Source: an uncultured Nitrososphaerales archaeon
Lineage (GTDB): Archaea > Thermoproteota > Nitrososphaeria > Nitrososphaerales > Nitrososphaeraceae
DNA: 64,000 nt
NCBI GenBank assembly: GCA_963709405.1
Contig: CAVPXM010000026.1
Coordinates: forward strand, 20,720-84,719
Direction of reading: 5' to 3'
Positions 57,692-64,000 of the stretch are shown here, one piece after another. The notes beneath the pieces were generated by a model. It was not told the DNA's origin, made no database searches, and saw only the letters and a list, made by a program, of their open reading frames with translations. Position 1 is the stretch's first letter; each line of letters begins with the position of its first letter. The position numbers and the translations under genes were made by a program.

Positions 57692-58717
57692 TTAATTTAC
57701 AGTTAAAAGAACCAAGTCAAACCAATTGTTTTTGTCGACAAAATTTCTTTGTACCTTGAAACCGCTATTCTCTACTAGTTCCTTTATCTGCTTTATCGAA
57801 TATTTATATGAATTTTCGGTATAGATTGTTTCGCCTTTCCTAAAAGTCACCGTTTTTCCAATACTGTTAATTTTTATTTTTTGATTTGTTCTCGAAATAA
57901 GATGCATCTCTATCCTTCTATTCTTAACATTATAAAATGCAGAATGAGCGAAAGTACCCAGATCGAATTCTCCTCCTAAATCTCTATTTATTCTACATAA
58001 AATATTTAGATTAAATTTCGCGGTAATCCCATTCTTATCGTTATAGGCGGCTTCTAATATTTTCGAGTCTTTATGAAGATCAAAGCCAATCAAGAAACCA
58101 TCATTGTTACTATTCTCTAGTCTGGATCGTATCTGTTTTAGAAATACCAATGCATCAGTGGGTTCAAAATTACCAATGCTTGAGCCAAGAAAAAGAATCA
58201 GTTTGTTCAAAGGCGCAATTCTGCACTCTTCCTTAATAGAGATAATATCTTCAACCATACTGATGCCTTGGATATAATCTGAATGAATTGCTAACATGTC
58301 TACACTAGGAAATTCACTTGGAAGCTTTTTGATTGTTTCCTCTAGAATTGTATCTGAGAGATCTACTGGAAAGTAATATAATCGCTTGTTTTGTTGCATA
58401 TTCACAAATTGCTGAAGAAGAGTCCGAGTTTTCGTAGAGCTTCCACTTCCGAGTTCTACCAACGCAATTTGTTCAAAATCTTTATACAAATTCGCAATCT
58501 CACATGAATACTTATCTAATATCTCAAGCTCAACTCTCGTCAGGTAGTATTCTGGTTGCAAACATATTTGTTCGAAAAGTTGTGAACCTACCTTATCGTA
58601 AAGATATTTGGGGTTAATTTTCTTTACATTACCCTCAATTAGCGTCCCTAGATTATCTTCAATATGAGATGCAAATTCATCCGTCAGTTCTACCTGTGGG
58701 GATGAGGTGAATATCAA
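57692..58717 (-). CDS. egtD: L-histidine N-alpha-methyltransferase (EgtD)
   Basis: PKYLYDKVGSQLFEQIC..PEYYLTR.E, VELGSGSSTKT, FLGSSIGNF, AAYND..GITAKFNLN, RIEMHL and TENSYKY. Confidence 0.9.
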   Translation of the reverse strand: MIFTSSPQVELTDEFASHIEDNLGTLIEGNVKKINPKYLYDKVGSQLFEQICLQPEYYLTRVELEILDKYSCEIANLYKDFEQIALVELGSGSSTKTRTLLQQFVNMQQNKRLYYFPVDLSDTILEETIKKLPSEFPSVDMLAIHSDYIQGISMVEDIISIKEECRIAPLNKLILFLGSSIGNFEPTDALVFLKQIRSRLENSNNDGFLIGFDLHKDSKILEAAYNDKNGITAKFNLNILCRINRDLGGEFDLGTFAHSAFYNVKNRRIEMHLISRTNQKIKINSIGKTVTFRKGETIYTENSYKYSIKQIKELVENSGFKVQRNFVDKNNWFDLVLLTVN

Positions 58718-59499
58718 CTCTATTTGGTGATGACACCTTGACTATTATAATAAAATAACGATTGTCTAGACGATTATTAATACTTCTTATTTTTATATAT
58801 ATGCATCAAAGTAATGACAACGACCAGCGGACTGATTGCTTCAGAGGCGTATACTAATTTCATAAACTCACTTGAGAGTCCAAAAAGCCGCGATCGGAAA
58901 TAGTAGCCAATTAATAAAAGACCTATTAGAGATTCGACTAATTTTAATGCTATTAACAACGAAAGTAAAGATGTTCTTCGCGAAGATGTCAGATCCAATT
59001 GGAAATAGTGCTCCAAACATACAAATTACAAAGAATATTCAAGAAAACAAATAATTATATTTTGCCAATTATTGATCCTAGTCTTTTTATTTTAGAAAAA
59101 GATTATGGGATTAAAAATCCATTTGATGATATTTCTAACATTAAACGATAATACAATAGAAGGTTAGCGAGTTATCATGGGTTTAGACGGACGAATGAAA
59201 ACGGCAAACAAAGAGCGAAACCAAATCTGTGTGGTACATTACTCATATTACTAGCGCATTTATGTAAGCTATAATGATAAGCATATGACCTTCACTACTT
59301 TGGGTGGCAGACTTTGGGGTTCATGACAGTATATGCCAGATAAATTGACTGAAAGAATTAATAATTAAATTTATAATGAATAATTTTCTATATATATTTA
59401 TCATAATCTGTCAGTGAAAAAGCCTAGACCTAGTTTTATATTTTTTTTATTTTAAACCTGTATTTTTAAAACTAATAGATGAAACGAGACTCTGGAAAA

Positions 59500-59525
59500 C
59501 TTGCAGTTACTGCAGTAACTGCAAG
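59500..59525. promoter_or_regulatory. Perfect 26-bp palindrome upstream of the C2H2 zinc-finger gene
   Basis: cttgcagttactg|cagtaactgcaag. The palindrome is directly seen; a regulatory role is inferred. Confidence 0.5.
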
Positions 59526-59579
59526 AGTGACTGTATTCAATATAACGGAAAAAAAGAACAATCTTAGAGGTGAGTACCT

Positions 59580-60623
59580 TTGAAGAAGAAGAAAGGGTGG
59601 CACTGTCCTTATTGTTCACAAATTTGCCCAAGACATTGGAATATGAAGGTACATATTCAAAGAAAACATCCAGGAATAGGGGAACCAGTTGAAGCTCCCT
59701 ACAACTCAGGCTTTATTCAAAACATGGACTCTCTAGAGAATAAGAGCGATTATTTTAAACACAACATGGTTTTTCCTTTCGATGGACAAACAAAAAGACA
59801 AGAATCTGATAGAAGAGATCGGCTTTCCGGAAATAGGCATTTTCTGGCTGAAGAAAGTAAATGCCTTCGAGATATATTAGAAATAAAAAATTTCGTAAAC
59901 AGAGTACAAGATAACAGACAAAGAATAAGCGCAAACGATATGTTCTTTATCGCCTCAGCCCTTTCTGCATCAGTTCAATCGAAAAATTTCACTCCATCTC
60001 AAAGCGTTCCACATAACAAGAATAAACCTCTGGGATTTTGCATCAATGTTTGTGACAAATGCTTACACGGTATACTCATGCCTATACTGCCAGAGGATTT
60101 TCTTAGAATGAAATTTTCCGTCAAAGTTGATCATACCACGTGTTCTGAAGAGCACATTAGCAGGATTAATTATCTAATCGAAAATCAGAAAATAGAAGAT
60201 ATTCCAACTGAGGTTAAAAAAATTCATGACAGGCTACTTTACCTTCTAACTGAAACTGTCTATTCGTGGGCTGGCAAAAATGAGATAGGGTTGTATGCTA
60301 TAGAAGCATCTTCAAATATATTCAGTCGAGAATTTAGAGATAATAACGCGAGTATTACGCAAATTTTGGATATATTAGCATCTCCTTGGATCGAAGGAAA
60401 CGCGGTAGACCTTGGTCATGTAAAAAACGGTCATTGGGCATTTAAACTGATTAAACAAAACTATAAAATGGCAATAATTAACAAGGATGAACTGAGAGAA
60501 TTTCTCAATACTAGTAATTCCACTCTTAGGGCCTTTAAGGCTCAGATACAAGAAGATGATAGTGTTGTTACACGGTACTTTCATGTGATATGTATGCCAA
60601 CAAACTTAGCAAACGGCGACTGA
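59580..60623 (+). CDS. Hypothetical protein with an N-terminal C2H2 zinc finger
   Basis: WHCPYCSQICPRHWNMKVHIQRKH, plus an internal CDKC...H..C. Confidence 0.75.
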   Translation: MKKKKGWHCPYCSQICPRHWNMKVHIQRKHPGIGEPVEAPYNSGFIQNMDSLENKSDYFKHNMVFPFDGQTKRQESDRRDRLSGNRHFLAEESKCLRDILEIKNFVNRVQDNRQRISANDMFFIASALSASVQSKNFTPSQSVPHNKNKPLGFCINVCDKCLHGILMPILPEDFLRMKFSVKVDHTTCSEEHISRINYLIENQKIEDIPTEVKKIHDRLLYLLTETVYSWAGKNEIGLYAIEASSNIFSREFRDNNASITQILDILASPWIEGNAVDLGHVKNGHWAFKLIKQNYKMAIINKDELREFLNTSNSTLRAFKAQIQEDDSVVTRYFHVICMPTNLANGD

Positions 60624-60758
60624 CGGAATGGCTCGACCTCGACCTGGCTCACAGAATCAAGGATGTAATGAAGGAAAGATAGACTGTTACTAGATGATAA
60701 CAAAGGGAGTGTACCCCTCCAAACTGGGCAGCTTGTCAAGAGATAGTCTACTACCCAT

Positions 60759-61602
60759 CTAATTATTACCTCCATTTATCATAGCATAAAACTCCTTCGG
60801 TGTCATGTACTTTAATGATGAATGCGGCCTGTTCCAGTTGTAGTCATGGAAGAACTTGTGGATAATGAGGTTGGCTTCTTGGAATGTCTGAAAGTCGTGC
60901 TGCCAAATACAGTCTTCCTTGATGGACTTGTGGAATGCCTCGATATACGCGTTCTGCTCAGGTCTATTCTTTCCAGTAACTTCATGCCTTATTTCGTACA
61001 CCTTCAATGTACTGACAAACCTATAAGACGTGTACTGCGAACCACCATCACTCCTTGTTGTCAGACCAAGTAGAGGAGGAATGACACCATCTGGAAACCT
61101 TTCCAGTACTGCCATTTCCAATGTCCTTATAGCTTCATCTGTACCACACTGGGTACTGAATGTGTATGCCAGCCATTCTCTTGTATAACAGTCCAAGATG
61201 CTAAACAGATAGCACCACCCATCATGGCCACACCAGATATAGGTTATATCCTGTTGCCAAAGCTGGTCTGGTCTTTCCGGTATAGTAAGGATCCTCTTTA
61301 TGATAACATGCCTTCTGACACTTCTTTTCCTGACAAGATTAGCAAGCTTCATGATACGGTACACCTTCTTTCTGTTTGCTGTTATCCCACTTCTATGAAG
61401 CATGGCTGTTATTCTCCTGACTCCATAGGATGGATATTCCAGTGCCACTTTTTCTATGGCTTCAAGTACCTGCTGCTTCTGTTGAATCACTGCGGCGATT
61501 TCTGTTGCTAATAACTGCTGATGGTTGTTTGGGTTTGTAGTAATAGGAACTTCTGGAATATCCTGACAGAACAGACGCTTTCAGTACGTTACTCTCTTTC
61601 AT
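60759..61602 (-). CDS. IS3 OrfB (DDE integrase-core transposase); extra frameshift near 61480
   Basis: YGVRRI, WQQDITYI, ILDCYTRE, RSDGGSQY, QNAYIEAFHKSIKED and YN..RPHSSL.Y.TP. Confidence 0.88.
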
Positions 61603-61628
61603 CAACAACTCCTGAAAAGCAGCTTTTC

Positions 61629-61913
61629 TCATAGCCTTTTCCGCCCCTTTTTTAAAAGCTCATTTGCCAGTGCTAGGTCAGCTACCATTTCCTTGAGTCT
61701 CTTATTTTCCTGTTCCAGCTGCTTTTCTCTATCCGATGCATCTGCACCAGATAAACCTCTTGTACCTGCTTGAACGAAACTTGCTTTCCAGCTGTAGACC
61801 AGGGTTGGTCGAACGTTGTACCTCCTGCATATTTCAGCTGTCGGCGTACTTGTGGTCAATATTTCCAGCACTATGTTGGCCTTCTCTTCTCCACTCCATC
61901 TTCTACCTGGCAT
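61629..61913 (-). CDS. IS3 OrfA (HTH plus leucine zipper)
   Basis: RRWSGEEKANIV...EICRRYNV...YSWK...LEQENKRLKEMVADLAL.NELLKK, ending in an A6G slippery site. Confidence 0.9.
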   Translation of the reverse strand: MPGRRWSGEEKANIVLEILTTSTPTAEICRRYNVRPTLVYSWKASFVQAGTRGLSGADASDREKQLEQENKRLKEMVADLALANELLKKGRKRL

Positions 61914-63358
61914 ATTCTGTACCCTCCAAAGTGTATCTTAAAACTGGCCTAAAGCTGTCCAGCTGGTACAGGGTACAGATCACAAATTTATCTTTATTCT
62001 TGCAGTCTTACTAGTCCTTCCTACAACGCACTCAGTAACCTCAGAATATGAAGCAGGTCATAAAGCTGGTTAGAACGCCGGAAATATCAAACGTCAGAGC
62101 TGTCACAGCAGAGAATACTGTAAAGGATGGACTGACTCTGCGTGTGATTCTAACTGGTGTGGTGGGGGCTATACTTCAATGGTCCAAAACTTGAGCCTCA
62201 GTAATCTAAGGGAAATGGTAATGGATGTATTGCCATCAGAGTAGTTATACAGAGGTGATTAGGAATATGATGAATATCTACAATTTGAAATATAGAGAAA
62301 GAAAATAGCAACAAACTGACAAGGGGTACTACGTAAGCAATAATGCAGTCGAAATAATGAGGTGTGATAAGGAAGCGATAGACAGGCCGACTTTGGACGA
62401 TAAGGATAAATCAACAATAGCCTTATCGAATATTTAATTTCTTGGCGAAGAACAGACATACAAAAGAAAAAATCTCAGTAGAAATCAATGAATCGAACTA
62501 CGAGGTATGAATTTATGGAGTTCGATTCACTATAGTTCGTTTTCATTTATGGTCCCTAAACTCTTCTCTTGCCTAATAGTATCATGATCGTTGGTAGGTG
62601 GTAAATCTTGCATGGAATTCCTAATTTGTTTTTATTCATCACTCCTACCTAAGATAAATATCTAATCATAATTTCATATTACTCTCTTATGGTAACATTA
62701 CTATTCTGAATTTGAAAAGGACTACAAGAGAACGAATGAGGCAATGTATGTTTCATCCAGCATTTCTCCTTTTCAGCAAAAATCAATGAAGAAAAATAAT
62801 ACCCGTGTATGGTGATCAAACTATTTTCAAGATGTTACATAGCGCAAGGGTGAGATTGTCACATAATGAAAATGATGAGCTCGGACGTGCATATTTTCTC
62901 AGTTTTGTTTCTAAATGAACGTATATTTATCCCTCAGTAGATTACTATTAAAATATATTGTTTTATGTCAAGAATGGAGTGGTGGAAAGTGAAGAACCAA
63001 AAGTCTAATACTTGTGGGTAGAGATAGAGGGTATAACTATAAACAAATATTATCAGTTGTAAATGATAATCTAAAAAAGTATAATAACAGTTTGTCGGAA
63101 AAAGGTTCACTTCATATTCTACAAGCAACAAAGGAAGAAGCCAGAGGATGGTTACGAAATCTTTCAGCGGGTAAAGATGCATACATAGATGAATATAGAC
63201 AAAGAATAATGGATTTAAACGAGTAACGGAGAGATTTATGGGAAGTTGTTAGAAAATACATAGCATTAATCTGCATTTATAATAATCAAAAGAGAAATGA
63301 ATTTGTCAATGGTTTAGAGAAAGATGAGAATTTCACGGCAATCACAAAAGTTGGCGAA

Positions 63359-63577
63359 TCATATTAAGGTTTCTAGACGTATTAGGAAATTCTTGAGCAA
63401 AGAAGAAAGATTCTGAGAACCTGGATAAGTATTATTCGTCTGGGAATAAGCAAGCTGACTAAAGGAAGGAAGATTTGAAAGTAGAAGAAGAACAATCGTC
63501 GCCACAACTGCTATTGCTGGAAAAGTGATAGAAGCCCTCCAGAATTCCATTCGTGATACCTGTCCTTTGTCATGCAT
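63359..63577 (-). CDS. Short secreted protein or 3'-truncated gene
   Basis: Signal-peptide-like segment ending AYS-Q. Confidence 0.35.
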   Translation of the reverse strand: MHDKGQVSRMEFWRASITFPAIAVVATIVLLLLSNLPSFSQLAYSQTNNTYPGSQNLSSLLKNFLIRLETLI

Positions 63578-64000
63578 ATGAAAAAGTTCCGTAACGCTCT
63601 TATTTAAAGGTCTATTTCTTTTCTTTCCTCCAATACAAGATAACCGACTTTAACTTTATTCCTTTCAAAGACCTATAAAATGAGTTAGCAGTCAAGAAGT
63701 CACACAACAATAGTCGAAGCTATCTGAAATCTTGAGAAACAAGCCTTTTTTGGGATTTCTAGGATGTTAAGAGCGGTTCGAAGTTGTTGCATCATTCCCC
63801 ATGCTCTTATATCACATTCACAATTTTATGTAATTTACTACACAAAAAAACGGAGCAGAATGAAAGTGTTGGGTATGTTGATTGGCAATTCACGTTATGC
63901 TCTTGATTTAGATTTCCTCATCTATTCATTTCTTTATCATTCATATCAAATTGACTTGTTGTCACTTTGTGACTTGACTACCACCAAAAGACGTTAGTGG

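Larger units (their letters stand above)
60710..61977 (-). mobile_element. IS3-family insertion sequence, 1268 bp
   Basis: TG...CA termini with inverted repeats tgtacccctccaaactgggcagc / gctgtccagctggtacagggtaca and an orfA/orfB layout. Flanks GAG/GAT give no perfect target duplication. Confidence 0.9.

Overview
AT-rich, gene-sparse archaeal DNA whose gene families and small secreted proteins point to a soil ammonia-oxidising archaeon (Nitrososphaeraceae; inferred from family recognition, not from a search). Recognisable genes: a DUF1998 DEAD/DEAH helicase, a rhodanese sulfurtransferase, a GltD/SudA-like flavo-Fe-S oxidoreductase, PhoD, a NikR-like regulator with znuA/znuB, a CDF transporter, egtD, a dienelactone hydrolase, several alpha/beta hydrolases and a membrane-anchored HNH nuclease. 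Mobile DNA includes one IS630, one IS3, two IS5 remnants, two tyrosine-integrase remnants and a PriX-like fragment. Many genes carry single-base frameshifts, which may be long-read indels rather than decay. The strongest unexplained signal is a non-coding dispersed repeat of about 130-380 bp (repeat A: 10 core-bearing copies plus one isolated left end). It usually starts at a GGCGCGCC palindrome, has an AGTCTATAC...AATGTTTATAATCTG...GCATATCG core, and 8 copies are co-oriented between 20.8 and 37.5 kb just downstream of an integrase remnant. The copies separate small accessory genes and truncated gene fragments. GCGCGC sites join exchangeable left and right arms, which suggests an undescribed recombinase-linked cassette or non-autonomous element system (hypothesis). 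No CRISPR array, tRNA or rRNA gene was seen. Repeat and pseudogene boundaries were read by eye and are approximate.
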